Shown: one piece after another, positions 19,154-30,635 of the stretch | How the letters are laid out: each line of letters begins with the position of its first letter | Numbering within the stretch: the stretch's first letter is position 1 | Source of the DNA: Candidatus Westeberhardia cardiocondylae | GTDB lineage: Bacteria > Pseudomonadota > Gammaproteobacteria > Enterobacterales > Enterobacteriaceae | Assembly (NCBI GenBank): GCA_024648785.1 | Contig: JABYQB010000001.1 | Coordinates: forward strand, 54,696-118,695 | Length of the DNA: 64,000 bases | Direction: 5' to 3' | Translations under genes and position numbers: made by a program | The notes under the pieces: generated by a model | What the model saw: only the letters and a program-made list of their open reading frames with translations | What the model was told of the DNA's origin: nothing | The model's database searches: none

Positions 19154-21007
19154 GTGTTTTATTTAATGAAAAATATAATTTTGTTTAATTGCAATTAAAT
19201 TTTTTATTTTTTTAAAAAAATAAATATTACAGGTTTTAGTTATTCTATATTTATAGAATTTTTGTATTTTTAAATTTTTTTAGTATTTTTAATTTCAATA
19301 TTAACTATAATATGTTTTGTAAAATCTTATTAAATTTTAATTTTAATTTTTAATATTTTATTGTATTTTCTTTTTAAGTTTGTTTAGAGAATTTAGTAAT
19401 ATTGTTTACAATATTTAATTGTAATATACACAATAAATATTGTTATGTTAATTAATATTTATAATGATAAAAAATAGTTTATTTAGTTTATTTATATTTT
19501 AAATAATATTAAAGTGTTACAAGTATGGTTGATTTTATTATTTTAAAAATATTATTTATTTGTTTGATAATATTTATTATTAGTTGATTATCATAATGTT
19601 ATAGCATTATGCTAAATTAGTAGTGTGAATTATAATTTCATTAATTGTGTTGAGTAGTATAAATTATATTGATTGTAAGTATTATGATATTTGTTTTTTA
19701 TTTATGATGTTTTATTAAATTTTATGATTTTTTTGGTTTTCTATTTAAATTATTATTATTTATGATATTTTTGTGTTTAATTTGAATAATGTATATTTTT
19801 GTATAAGTTTTTAAAATTATTTTTAATATATAATTAATAATTTTTTTGTTTTATTGTTTAATTATATTATTGATATTTAATTAATTTTTGTAATTGTGGT
19901 TGGTAGTTTGAATTCTGTAGCTAGTATTTTTAAAAAAATTAAAATTAATAAAAGTTATTTTATGTTTTTGAGAAGAAATTTAAAAATTTCAATGTTAATA
20001 AAAAGTATTTGTAAATTTTGGTAAATTTTTTGTTATTACATTGGTTTTTAGGTATAAGTAGTGTGTTAGATAAAGTTATTTATAATTTAATTTTTAACTT
20101 TAATATTTTAATAACATTATGTACATTATATTTTAATATATTTTAAATTTTATTTAATATTATATATTTATTTTTTATATTTATGTAAAATGGTAGAAAT
20201 TACTTTTTATTGATAAGATTGTTAATGATTTTTATTTTTTTAATAGTAAAGAATTTAATATTATTAATGTTATATTTTGTTTGTATAAATAAATTTGTAT
20301 TATTTTGTTGAAGGTTTATAAAAGTACATTGATAGTTATAAGTTGTTTATTACAGTTTTGTAAAAAAAATATAAATTATACTTATTATTATAATGTATTT
20401 TTTTTAATGAGAAATATTTAATTAATGATTGAAAATAATTTTTATTTAATAATTTGTAAATTGTATTTAATAAATTGTTTATTGTTTTATTATACTTATA
20501 AAATATCGAATAATAAGTTATTAGTAAGAGTTATTTTGTGATTTTTGTTACATATTATAGTGATGATGTTTTGTTTTGATTTAAATGATATTAAATATTA
20601 TATTGTTAAGGTATATAAATTTTTGTATATAATATGTTGTATTTAGTATAGATAGTTTGATTAATTTTTTGTTTAGTTTTTAATTTTAGTTTATTTGAAG
20701 TTTATTAGTTTTAATTTTTAACATATTTATTATAAATAAATATATTTTTTTTATTTCAATATAATTTTTATAAAAATTAATTTTATCTTTGTTTATTGGA
20801 TTTTAATTTTTATATTTTGTTTCATAGGATTTTAAATATTTTAATAATGTTTTATAATACATGTATTATAAATTTAATTGTTTTATTATTTATATGTTAT
20901 TATGTTTATTTATATTAAATTGATTTATTTATTTCTTAATATGAATTTATAATTATTATATATTAATTGTTATTTATTTTATTTTGATGTATGAAAAATA
21001 TTTAAAT

Positions 21008-22219
21008 ATGAAAGTGTATTTAGTAGGTGGTGCTGTAAGAGATTTTTTGTTAAAGATTCCTGTTATTGAACGTGATTGGGTTGTTATTGGATCAACACCT
21101 AAAGAAATGTTGCAAAAAGGATATAGGCAGGTTGGTAAAGGTTTTCCAGTTTTTTTGCATCCAGATAATAATGAAGAGTATGCTTTAGCTAGAATTGAAC
21201 GAAAATCTGGAATAGGTCATACTGGTTTTTTTTGTAGTTTTTCTAGAAATGTATCTTTAGAAGAAGATTTAGTAAGAAGAGATTTAACTATTAATGCTAT
21301 TGCTTGTGATAAATACGGACATTTTATTGATCCTTGTAATGGAATTAGAGATATTTTTTTACGAAAATTGCGACATATTTCTAATGCATTTTGTGAAGAT
21401 CCGTTACGTGTATTGAGAGTTGCACGTTTTGCTGCTCGTTTTTTTCATTTAGGTTTTTCTGTAGATCCAGATACATTATTGTTAATGAAATCAATGAAAT
21501 CTGAATTGACATGTCTATCTTCTGAGAGAATTTGGAAAGAAACAGAGCAAGCATTAATGACTAATAATCCTCATATTTTTTTTCAAATATTGTATGATTG
21601 TGGTGTATTGAATGTTTTATTTCCGGAATTATATTCATTATTTAATGTTTCTTGTTTTATGAATAAATGTGAAAAGGTTAATTTTGGTGTTTATACTTTA
21701 AATCTTATTTCTATAGTATCTAAATTATCTGATGATATTTCTGTTCGTTTTTCATCTATTTGCTATCATTTTGGGAAAAGTATTTCTTATTTTTCTGTGT
21801 TTCCAGGTTGTTATAATATTAAATTAGGTACTAAAGTTATAGAAGTTTTTTGTAAAAGATTAAAAATTCCTGTTTATTTAAAAAAATTAGCAAAAATTTC
21901 AGAAAGATGTAATAGTTTATTACATATTTCTAGATATTTGACATCACAAGAAATAATTTATTTTTTTAATAGTATAAATGTATGGAATCATCCAAATATT
22001 TTAGATAAATTAATTATGTTGTATGAATCTGATATGAAGGTAAGATATGGTGTTGAAAATTGTGTTTATTTTAAAGGACAATTTTTGAAAGAAGCATATA
22101 AAATTTCTAGTGTAATTACAGCAAGGGAGATGATGAAAGAGGGTTTTGTTGGAAAGGATATTTCTGATGTTTTAAATTGTAGGAGAATAAATTTGTTGAA
22201 TAAATGGAGAAATATTTAG
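21008..22219 (+). CDS. cca: tRNA nucleotidyltransferase (CCA-adding enzyme). The HD-domain metal ligands appear to be lost.
   Basis: MKVYLVGGAVRDFLL...RDWVVIGSTP...FPVFLHP...EYALARIERKSG...RRDLTINA...EDPLRVLRVARFAARF is collinear with E. coli Cca. The homology-supported start is the ATG at 21008. The track ORF begins at TTG 20984, and there is another ATG at 20987. Confidence 0.9.
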   Translation: MKVYLVGGAVRDFLLKIPVIERDWVVIGSTPKEMLQKGYRQVGKGFPVFLHPDNNEEYALARIERKSGIGHTGFFCSFSRNVSLEEDLVRRDLTINAIACDKYGHFIDPCNGIRDIFLRKLRHISNAFCEDPLRVLRVARFAARFFHLGFSVDPDTLLLMKSMKSELTCLSSERIWKETEQALMTNNPHIFFQILYDCGVLNVLFPELYSLFNVSCFMNKCEKVNFGVYTLNLISIVSKLSDDISVRFSSICYHFGKSISYFSVFPGCYNIKLGTKVIEVFCKRLKIPVYLKKLAKISERCNSLLHISRYLTSQEIIYFFNSINVWNHPNILDKLIMLYESDMKVRYGVENCVYFKGQFLKEAYKISSVITAREMMKEGFVGKDISDVLNCRRINLLNKWRNI

Positions 22220-22525
22220 AGATAATAAATTATATTTTTATATATTATTAAAGTTTATTTATATAGTAGAATGGAATATTTAGAAAAAGTTATATTTTTT
22301 ATAGTAGAATTTATATTTTGTGTTTATAGTAAATAAACTTTGTAAGTTAATATTATTTTATTTGTTTGATATATTTTTGTATTTTATTTTTGTTAAATAA
22401 ATAATTTTTTACAATTTTGTTTTAAAATAAAATTTAAAACATTTTTTAAATGTTTTTTATTTTTTTAATATCTATTAAATTAAGTGTATGTGTGTATTTT
22501 ATGTGTGTTATTTTAAATTTTTTAT

Positions 22526-23545
22526 TTAGTATTTTATTTTGGATAATTCTTCCAATGGCCATTTTGTTCTTATTGATATTTGTAGATCATTTTTATTATT
22601 TTTAAATCTTAGCATTCCAACATATGCAATCATAGCTCCGTTATCTGTGCAAAATTTTATTGGTGCTGTAAATATTTTTCCTTTTCTTTTTTTTATCATT
22701 GTTTTTAGTGTATTTATTAAACGTTTATTTGCACTAACACCACCAGCAATGAGTAAATTATTGAGTTTGGTAATATTTAATGCTCTATTACATTTAATTT
22801 TTATTGTATCTATAATAGCATCTTCAAATGCTAATGCGATATTTGCATAAGTTTGTTTAGTTTTTTTTGTATTATGTATAATATTAGTAACGTATGTTTT
22901 TAACCCAGAAAAACTAAACATCAATCCTTTATTTTTTGTCATTGGTCTAGGAAATATATATGTTTTAGGTATTCCATGTTTTGCTAAAATAGATATTGAT
23001 TTTCCACCAGGATATTTTAATCCTAAAAGTTTTGCAATTTTGTCTAATGTTTCTCCTATAGCGTCATCTTTTGTTTCACCTAATGTTGTATATTGTCCAA
23101 TTTTTTTTGCTAAAATTAATTGTGTATGACCACCAGATATTAGCAAAGCTATTAAAGGAAAAGTTAAATTATTTTTTTTTAGCATTGGAGATAGAAGATG
23201 ACCTTCCATGTGATTTATAGGAATAGTTGGTATTTTACATGCATACCCTAATGTTTTGCTTATTGTAGCCCCGATTATCAATGGACCTTTTAACCCAGGA
23301 CCAGCTGTATAAGCAATACCATCAATATCTTGTAGTTTTGATTTTGATTCTTGTAGTGCAGATTTTATTAATGGTATTATTTTTTTAATGTGATTACGTG
23401 ATGCTATTTCTGGAATTATTCCACCGTATTTGGAGTGCATTTTTTTTAAATTATAAATTTTATTACTTAATAGACCTTGTTTTTTATCGTAAATTGCTAT
23501 TCCTGTATCGTCACATGATGTTTCAATTCCCAAAATTCTTATCAT
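22526..23545 (-). CDS. tsaD: tRNA N6-adenosine threonylcarbamoyltransferase TsaD (YgjD/Gcp)
   Basis: 339-aa ORF. MIRILGIETSCDDTGIAIYD, NHMEGHLLSP, SGGHTQL and LIAGGVSAN are present. It is divergent from rpsU, as in E. coli. Confidence 0.93.
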   Translation of the reverse strand: MIRILGIETSCDDTGIAIYDKKQGLLSNKIYNLKKMHSKYGGIIPEIASRNHIKKIIPLIKSALQESKSKLQDIDGIAYTAGPGLKGPLIIGATISKTLGYACKIPTIPINHMEGHLLSPMLKKNNLTFPLIALLISGGHTQLILAKKIGQYTTLGETKDDAIGETLDKIAKLLGLKYPGGKSISILAKHGIPKTYIFPRPMTKNKGLMFSFSGLKTYVTNIIHNTKKTKQTYANIALAFEDAIIDTIKIKCNRALNITKLNNLLIAGGVSANKRLINTLKTMIKKRKGKIFTAPIKFCTDNGAMIAYVGMLRFKNNKNDLQISIRTKWPLEELSKIKY

Positions 23546-23887
23546 ATTATTTTGTTATATTTAATAGTATTTTTAATATTATTTATAAGTATTTTGATAT
23601 TTAAATAAATTTACATTGTAATTATTTAGTAATTTTGTATTTGTTTATTCATTAATTTATTTTATCATATAATTTAATATGTGTTATTTTTTTATGTTAT
23701 TAAATTTTAAAATAATTAATTTTGAATTATTTAATTTTTTAATATTTTGTTGTTTTTATTTATAATTATAATATTTTAGTTTTTATATTTTATTAAATAT
23801 TAGTAAAATTTTTATTTTAAGATTTTTTTGTGTTATTATCTAATAATAATTTTTGTTTATTTTTAATGTAAGTTTTATGAGGAATAT

Positions 23888-24103
23888 ATGCCAATAGTAC
23901 GAATACGAGAAAATGAATCTTTTGATGTTGCACTTCGTAGATTTAAGCGTTCTTGTGAGAAAGCGGGGATTTTATCTGAAGTGAGACGTAGGGAATTTTA
24001 CGAGAAACCAACTACTGAAAGAAAAAGAGCTAAAGAATCAGCTATTAAACGTCATGCAAAGAAAGTAGCTAGAGAGAGTTTGCGTCGTTTTAGATTTTTT
24101 TAA
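23888..24103 (+). CDS. rpsU: 30S ribosomal protein S21
   Basis: 71 aa. ...[43 protein letters not shown] is nearly identical to E. coli S21. GAGGA lies 8 nt upstream. Confidence 0.97.
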   Translation: MPIVRIRENESFDVALRRFKRSCEKAGILSEVRRREFYEKPTTERKRAKESAIKRHAKKVARESLRRFRFF

Positions 24104-24194
24104 AATGCTATTTTATTTATTTATGTTTATTTTAATATTTTTTAATTTTATATAATGTGTAATGGAATTTATTTGTTAAAATGAAGGTTAGATT

Positions 24195-25949
24195 TTGAGA
24201 CATATTCCTCGTGTTTTTATTACAGAATTGTTGATGTATATTGATATTGTTGATTTTATAAATTCTCGAATGAATCTTATAAATAAGGGAAAAAATTTTT
24301 ATGCTCTTTGTCCATTTCATAAAGAGAATAATCCTTCTTTTATTGTTAATAAAGATAAGCAGTTTTATTATTGTTTTGGTTGTGGGTCTCATGGAAATGT
24401 AATTGATTTTATTATGAATTATGACAAAATAGGTTTTGTTGAAGCAATTGAAGAATTGTCTTCTTTATATAGTTTTAAAGTTCCTTATGTAATAAAAAAT
24501 AATGTATACTTTGAAAGTTTTTTGAAAAGAGAAAATTTGTATGTCTTTATGAATAAGATTTCTGAATTTTATCAAAAGGTTTTATATAAAGAAAAAACAT
24601 CAAAGTATTTGTTATGTTTTTTAAAAAGTCGTGGTTTAAATGATAATATTATTAAAGAGTTTTCTATTGGTTATTCTTCGACAAATAGTACCGATAGTTT
24701 AGTTAAAAATTTTGGTAAATCTTCCAAAGGTATTGATTTGCTTAATGATGTTGGAATGGTTTCTGTTGATAAATATGGTAAGTTTTTTGATCGTTTTATT
24801 GGAAGGGTAATATTTCCAATGCGTGATGTTTTTGGTAGAATTGTTGCTTTTGGTGGGAGAAGTATTTTAGGTTGTAAAAAACCTAAATATTTAAATTCTC
24901 CTGAAACTTCAATATTTCATAAAACTAGTTATTTATATGGATTATATGATATTAAATTACGGAAATTATCGAAATTGTCTCGGTTAATTGTTGTTGAAGG
25001 ATATATGGATGTTGTAACTTTAAGAAAATTTGGAATTTATTATGTTGTTGCTTTATTAGGTACATCTATTGCAATTGAACAAATTCGTTTATTATATAGT
25101 TTTACTAATCAATTAATTTTTTGTTATGATGGTGATATTCCAGGACGTTCATTTGCTTGGAGAACTTTGGAAAAAGTTTTACCATTTTTGACTGATGATA
25201 AAAAAATGAAATTTATATTTTTACCTAATGGTGAAGATCCTGATAGTTTGATTAGAAAAATTGGTAAAATTGAGTTTGAAAAATATGTTGATAATTCTGA
25301 GAATTTTTCATCGTTTTTATTTCAGTATTTAATGTTTCAAGTTGATTTACAATCTTTAGATGGACGTATAAAATTTGGTAGATTGTCATTATCATTAATT
25401 AATAAAATTCCAGGTAAAATATTTCGTTTATATTTGTGTAGAGAGCTTGGTTGCAAGATTGGTGTTCCTGATGAATATTCTTTAAAAAAATTATTGACAA
25501 AAGAAAATAGTGTAGATGTATGTATGTATAGTAGAAATAGAAAGTTTACTGTTATGCGTATATTAATTAGTTTATTAATACAAAATCCAAATCTTTTTAT
25601 ATTTGTTGTTACTATTCGTTCATTTAATAAAATTCCATTTCCAGGTTTAGATTTATTTGTAGATATAGTTAAGTTGTGTAAAACTAGATTAAATTTAACT
25701 ACAGGTCAAGTTTTGGAGTACTATAGAAATAGTAAATGTTATTATCAGATAAAATTATTAACTTTTTGGGAACATATGATTAATGATGATATGGTTGAAG
25801 TTATGTTTATTGATTCTTTAGTATGTTTATATAATTCTATATTAGGATATTTTCGTGATGTTTTAATTTCTAAAGGCAGAATTTCTTGTTTAACAGAAAA
25901 GGATAGGAAAATTCTTTGGTTTTTAAATAAAATTTTAGTAAATGATTAA
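24195..25949 (+). CDS. dnaG: DNA primase
   Basis: 584 aa. The N-terminus (M)[12 protein letters not shown] matches E. coli MAGRIPRVFINDLL. The zinc finger [11 protein letters not shown]...CFGCGSHGN and the TOPRIM segment VVEGYMDV are present. The apparent start is TTG at 24195. Confidence 0.93.
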   Translation: MRHIPRVFITELLMYIDIVDFINSRMNLINKGKNFYALCPFHKENNPSFIVNKDKQFYYCFGCGSHGNVIDFIMNYDKIGFVEAIEELSSLYSFKVPYVIKNNVYFESFLKRENLYVFMNKISEFYQKVLYKEKTSKYLLCFLKSRGLNDNIIKEFSIGYSSTNSTDSLVKNFGKSSKGIDLLNDVGMVSVDKYGKFFDRFIGRVIFPMRDVFGRIVAFGGRSILGCKKPKYLNSPETSIFHKTSYLYGLYDIKLRKLSKLSRLIVVEGYMDVVTLRKFGIYYVVALLGTSIAIEQIRLLYSFTNQLIFCYDGDIPGRSFAWRTLEKVLPFLTDDKKMKFIFLPNGEDPDSLIRKIGKIEFEKYVDNSENFSSFLFQYLMFQVDLQSLDGRIKFGRLSLSLINKIPGKIFRLYLCRELGCKIGVPDEYSLKKLLTKENSVDVCMYSRNRKFTVMRILISLLIQNPNLFIFVVTIRSFNKIPFPGLDLFVDIVKLCKTRLNLTTGQVLEYYRNSKCYYQIKLLTFWEHMINDDMVEVMFIDSLVCLYNSILGYFRDVLISKGRISCLTEKDRKILWFLNKILVND

Positions 25950-26064
25950 TATTTTTGAAATTCATTATGTTTTAAAGAATATTTTATATTTTTATTTTTT
26001 ATTCTATAAATTTTATAAATTTTATTTTAATAATGAAAATATTTTGAAATTTGGATGTTTTAAT

Positions 26065-27939
26065 ATGGAACAGAACCCGCAATTACAATTGAAGATGCTT
26101 GTTACTAGAGGTAAAGAGCAAGGATATTTGACTTTTTCTGAAGTTAATGATTATTTACCAAATGATATTGTAAATTCTGATCAAATTGAAGATATTATTC
26201 AAATGATAAATGATATGGGGATTCAAGTAATGGAAGAAGCGCCAAATTCTGATGATATGATTTTAGTTGAGAATGCTTCTGATACAGATGATGATTCATT
26301 AGATGTTGTTACTGATCAGGTGTTATCAAGTGTAGAATCTGAAGTTAATTATACTACTGACCCTGTTAGGATGTATATGAGAGAAATGGGTACCGTTGAA
26401 TTGTTAACACGAGAGGGTGAAGTTGATATTGCTAAACGAATAGAGGAAGGTATTAGGCAAGTTCAGTGTTCAGTTGCAGAATATCCTAGAACTATTTTAT
26501 ATTTTTTGAAGCAATATGATCGTGTAATTTCAAAAGAAATAAGATTGTCTGATTTAATTGTTGGTTTTTCTAATTATTGTGATGGTATGACATGTATTGA
26601 TGATGTTTCAGATAATTCTTTAGTTTCTAAAAAGGTTTTGCATGTTAATTATTGCTCTTCTGAAAGTAATATTCTTAATGAAGATAATTATGAACATGAT
26701 GTTAGTAATGATAATGATGATGGTAATGTTGTTGATTTTGATTTTGCAAGACAAAAATTTATAGAATTACGTAAACAATATTATGTTACAGATAATATTA
26801 TTAATATTTATGGAAGAAAACATAATAAATCATTTAAGGAAATTTTAAATCTTTCTAGGATTTTTAATCAATTTCGTTTGTCACCTAGACAATTTGATAT
26901 GTTAGTAAATAATGTACGTGTTGTAGTGAATGATATACGAAAACAAGAACGTTTAATTATGAGATTATGTGTTGATGTTAGTAAAATGCCAAAAAAGAAA
27001 TTTATTTTTTTGTTTTCTGGAAATGAATCTAGTGAATGTTGGTTGAATTCGGCTTTATTAGAGAAAGAGATTTGGTCTAAAAAATTGTGTGAAGTTAGTG
27101 ATGATGTATTATATAATTTAAAAATTTTGCGAAAAATTGAAACAGAAATTGGATTAAGTGTTAGCCAGTTGAAAGATATTAATCATCGTATGTTGATTGG
27201 TGAAGAGAAAGCCCGTCGTGCTAAAAAAGAAATGGTAGAAGCAAATTTACGTTTAGTTATTTCAATTGCTAAAAAATATACTAATCGTGGTTTGCAGTTT
27301 TTAGATTTAATTCAAGAAGGTAATATTGGGTTAATGAAAGCTGTTGATAAATTTGAATATCGTCGTGGATATAAATTTTCTACTTATGCTACCTGGTGGA
27401 TTCGCCAAGCTATTACTAGGGCTATTGCTGATCAGGCTCGTACAATTCGTATTCCTGTGCATATGATTGAAACAATAAATAAGTTGAATCGTATTTCTAG
27501 AAAAATATTACAAGAAATTGGAAGAGAACCTACCCCAGAGGAGTTATCTTCACGTATGTTAATTCCAGAAGACAAAATTAGAAAGATATTAAAAATATCA
27601 AAAGAACCAATATCTATGGAGACACCTGTAGGTGATGATGAGGATTTGCATTTGGGAGATTTTATTGAAGATGTTTCTTTAGAATTACCATTAGATTCTG
27701 CAACTGCAGAGAGTTTGCGTTCTGCAACTAATTCAATTTTATCTGGTCTTACTGCAAGGGAAGAAAAAGTTTTACGTATGCGTTTTGGTATTGATATGAG
27801 TAGTGATCATACTTTGGAAGAGGTTGGTAGACAATTTGATGTTACTCGTGAGAGAATTAGACAAATTGAAGCTAAAGCTTTACGTAAATTGCGTCATCCT
27901 AGTAGGTCTGAAATATTGAAAAGTTTTTTAGATGATTGA
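26065..27939 (+). CDS. rpoD: RNA polymerase sigma-70 factor RpoD
   Basis: [24 protein letters not shown] matches the E. coli RpoD N-terminus. Regions 2-4 are nearly identical ([55 protein letters not shown]). The 41-codon upstream extension in the track ORF (25942) has no homology support. Confidence 0.96.
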   Translation: MEQNPQLQLKMLVTRGKEQGYLTFSEVNDYLPNDIVNSDQIEDIIQMINDMGIQVMEEAPNSDDMILVENASDTDDDSLDVVTDQVLSSVESEVNYTTDPVRMYMREMGTVELLTREGEVDIAKRIEEGIRQVQCSVAEYPRTILYFLKQYDRVISKEIRLSDLIVGFSNYCDGMTCIDDVSDNSLVSKKVLHVNYCSSESNILNEDNYEHDVSNDNDDGNVVDFDFARQKFIELRKQYYVTDNIINIYGRKHNKSFKEILNLSRIFNQFRLSPRQFDMLVNNVRVVVNDIRKQERLIMRLCVDVSKMPKKKFIFLFSGNESSECWLNSALLEKEIWSKKLCEVSDDVLYNLKILRKIETEIGLSVSQLKDINHRMLIGEEKARRAKKEMVEANLRLVISIAKKYTNRGLQFLDLIQEGNIGLMKAVDKFEYRRGYKFSTYATWWIRQAITRAIADQARTIRIPVHMIETINKLNRISRKILQEIGREPTPEELSSRMLIPEDKIRKILKISKEPISMETPVGDDEDLHLGDFIEDVSLELPLDSATAESLRSATNSILSGLTAREEKVLRMRFGIDMSSDHTLEEVGRQFDVTRERIRQIEAKALRKLRHPSRSEILKSFLDD

Positions 27940-28032
27940 ATTATTGTTTTTTTTATATTAATATATTTATTATGTAATTTTTATTTTGTTTTAATGAGTT
28001 TTATTATTAATATTTTTATATTTTTTTATATT

Positions 28033-28106
28033 GGCCCTTTAGCTCAGTTGGTTAGAGCATACGACTCATAATCGTTTGGTCGTTGGTTCGAATCCAACAA
28101 GGGCCG
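28033..28106 (+). tRNA. ileX: tRNA with CAU anticodon, most likely tRNA-Ile2 (lysidine-dependent, ileX-like) rather than elongator Met
   Basis: GGCCCTTTAGCTCAGTTGGTTAGAGCATACGACTCATAATCGTTTGGTCGTTGGTTCGAATCCAACAAGGGCCG folds as a cloverleaf. By eye it is closest to E. coli ileX, with the same variable loop TGGTC and a similar anticodon arm. It also sits just after rpoD, as ileX does in E. coli. No CCA is encoded. Confidence 0.75.
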
Positions 28107-28638
28107 AGTTTATTTGTATTATTTATATTTTTTATGTAAATTTATTAATTATTTAATTTTTTTTAAGTTTATGATATTATTTTGTTGTTGTTAATTTTAA
28201 AAGGTTTTAAATTTTTAGTGTATTAGTTTATTTTTTTTAGATAATTTTGTAGTTTTGATAAATTTTAATAAACTAATTATATTTTAGTATTTAAAATATG
28301 TTACAATATTTATAATGTTACGTTTTTGTTTTGTTTATACATTTGATTATTTTTTAGTTTTATTTATATTTTTATTTTTAAGATTTTATTTTGTATGATT
28401 TATCATATTTTAAGTTTTAAATAGTAATTTATACTAGTAAATTAGTAATAGTTTTTAAATTTTTTAAATAAGTTATTTATTTTTTGTAGTTTATTTTATG
28501 TACTTAAGTAAGTTATTTTATGTATTAAAAATAATATATATTATATTTTTAATACATCATGTATAGAATATTAATTCTATTGAATGTGTATAATAAATTT
28601 ATTTATGTATTTTGTTTTTATTTGTTATATAAGTGTAG

Positions 28639-28971
<333 letters not shown>

Positions 28972-29016
28972 TTTTATAAATATTTGTATCATGGTATAAA
29001 ATGAAGATTTTTAGTT

Positions 29017-29661
29017 ATGAAAGTTAGTGGTCTTATTGGAAAAAAAATAGGTATGACTCGTATCTTTAACAAAGATGGAGTTTCTGTTCCTATTACTGTA
29101 ATTGAAGTACAAAAAAATTATGTTATTCAAATTAAGAATTTGTTACATAATGGGTTTTATTCTGTACAGATTACTACAGGTTTTAAAAAAGATAAACGTA
29201 TTCTTAAATCAGAATTTGGTCATTTTATCAAGTCAAATGTTAGTGTTGGAACAATGTTACGGGAATTTCGTGTAAAAGATATTAGTGGTATATCTGTTGG
29301 TTTAGATATTTCTGTAAAAATTTTTGAAAATGTAAAAAAAGTAGATGTTACTGGATATTCTAAAGGAAAAGGTTTTTCTGGTACTGTTAAACGTTGGAAT
29401 TTTCATATGCAAGATGCAAGTCATGGTAATTCTTTGTCACATCGTGTTCCTGGTTCTATTGGTCAAAATCAGTTTCCTGGTAGAGTGTTTAAGGGTAAAA
29501 AGATGCCAGGTCATTTGGGTAATGAACGTGTTACTGTGAAAAATTTAGATGTAGTTCGTATTGATAAAAATGATAATATTATTTTAGTTAAAGGATCAGT
29601 TCCTGGTAATATTGGTTCTAATGTAATTATTAAAGTGGCTTCTAAATTTTATTTTTTTTGA
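29017..29661 (+). CDS. rplC: 50S ribosomal protein L3
   Basis: 214 aa. [24 protein letters not shown] and [31 protein letters not shown] match L3. Position follows S10 operon order. Confidence 0.97.
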   Translation: MKVSGLIGKKIGMTRIFNKDGVSVPITVIEVQKNYVIQIKNLLHNGFYSVQITTGFKKDKRILKSEFGHFIKSNVSVGTMLREFRVKDISGISVGLDISVKIFENVKKVDVTGYSKGKGFSGTVKRWNFHMQDASHGNSLSHRVPGSIGQNQFPGRVFKGKKMPGHLGNERVTVKNLDVVRIDKNDNIILVKGSVPGNIGSNVIIKVASKFYFF

Positions 29662-29697
29662 TTTTTGTAATTTTACAGATAAATAAAGGAGAATTTC

Positions 29698-30303
29698 ATG
29701 AAATTTTTTTTATCTGATTCTAATGAATGTTTTGAGATTTCTGAGAATATTTTTGGAAAACGTTTTAATAGTGAATTGATTCACCAGGTTGTGACTTCAT
29801 ATTTATTAGTTAATCGTCAGGGTAGTAAGTCACAGAAAAGTAGATCTGAAGTTCGAGGATCTGGTCGTAAGCCATGGCGTCAAAAGGGAACTGGTCGTGC
29901 GCGTGCTGGTAGTATTAGAAGTCCAATTTGGCGTTCTGGAGGGGTAACATTTGCGGCAAAAAATAAAAAATTTTGTAATAAAATAAATAAAAAAATGTAT
30001 AGAGGTGCGTTGAAGAGTATATTTTCTAAATTATTTCAACAACATCGTTTAATAATTGTTAAAAATTTTATTGTTGAAAATCATAAAACTAAATTTTTGT
30101 TAGAAAAATTACATGTTATGAAGTTAACAAATGTTTTGATTATTATTGTAAAATTTGATAAAAATTTATTTTTATCATCTCGTAATTTATGTAATGTTTT
30201 GGTTCGAGATGTTAGTAGTATTGATCCAGTTAGTTTAATTTCTTTTAATAATATTTTAATGACGGTGGATTCTGTTAAAAAGCTTGAGAAAATTTTAATA
30301 TGA
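29698..30303 (+). CDS. rplD: 50S ribosomal protein L4
   Basis: 201 aa. [32 protein letters not shown] is the L4 signature. AGGAG lies upstream. Confidence 0.96.
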   Translation: MKFFLSDSNECFEISENIFGKRFNSELIHQVVTSYLLVNRQGSKSQKSRSEVRGSGRKPWRQKGTGRARAGSIRSPIWRSGGVTFAAKNKKFCNKINKKMYRGALKSIFSKLFQQHRLIIVKNFIVENHKTKFLLEKLHVMKLTNVLIIIVKFDKNLFLSSRNLCNVLVRDVSSIDPVSLISFNNILMTVDSVKKLEKILI

Positions 30304-30605
30304 TTAATGAAGATTTGATAAGAATTTTGCGTATTCCATATTTTTCTGAAAAAGCTTCTTTTTTAATGAAGAAGTATAATACAGTTGTATTTGTTGTTCG
30401 TAAAGATGCAACAAAGATAATGATAAAAAAAATAATTTATAATTTTTTCAAAATTAATGTTGTTGATGTTAATATTATTAATATAAAGAATAGAAGTAAT
30501 TTTAAAAAAAATAATCGTAGTATATTTTTTAAATCTTGGAAAAAAGCTTATATAACATTGAAGCCAGGTCAAAAATTAAAGTTTATTGGAGGATGGCAAA
30601 AATAG
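30300..30605 (+). CDS. rplW: 50S ribosomal protein L23
   Basis: 101 aa. The start forms an ATGA overlap with the rplD stop. SEKAS...KDATK...[12 protein letters not shown] is collinear with E. coli L23. Confidence 0.93.
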   Translation: MINEDLIRILRIPYFSEKASFLMKKYNTVVFVVRKDATKIMIKKIIYNFFKINVVDVNIINIKNRSNFKKNNRSIFFKSWKKAYITLKPGQKLKFIGGWQK

Positions 30606-30635
30606 TATATTTATTTTTGCTTGGTAGTTAAATAT

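Noticed and set aside
19154-21007. I tried to recognise FtsY, FtsE or FtsX remnants in the big spacer, since these are the E. coli neighbours of rsmD.
   Set aside because: I could not find any convincing translated similarity by eye, for example to GVNGVGKTTT. The region is left as an unassigned spacer pending a sensitive search.
24132-24392. An 86-aa minus-strand ORF spanning the rpsU-dnaG junction.
   Set aside because: It is antisense to the conserved dnaG zinc-finger region. It is a K/I/N-rich low-complexity translation with no SD.
25942-26064. 5' extensions of track ORFs: rpoD from 25942, fusA from 48458, rplK from 53125, rplA from 53552, rplF from 35945, rpsS from 31330, rplX from 34285, rpsE from 36952, rpsG from 47888, nusG from 52458, rpsD from 40546 and rpsJ from 28648.
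   Set aside because: The extra N-terminal residues are F/L/Y/I-rich spacer translations with no counterpart in E. coli orthologs. Internal starts with SD sequences match the orthologous N-termini exactly.
28589-28594. TATAAT hexamers such as 28589-28594 upstream of rpsJ and 6481-6486 upstream of tRNA-Glu, considered as sigma70 promoters.
   Set aside because: TATAAT-like hexamers are expected many times by chance in spacers that are about 90% A+T. Neither has a credible -35 or a TGn extension, so I did not list them as features.
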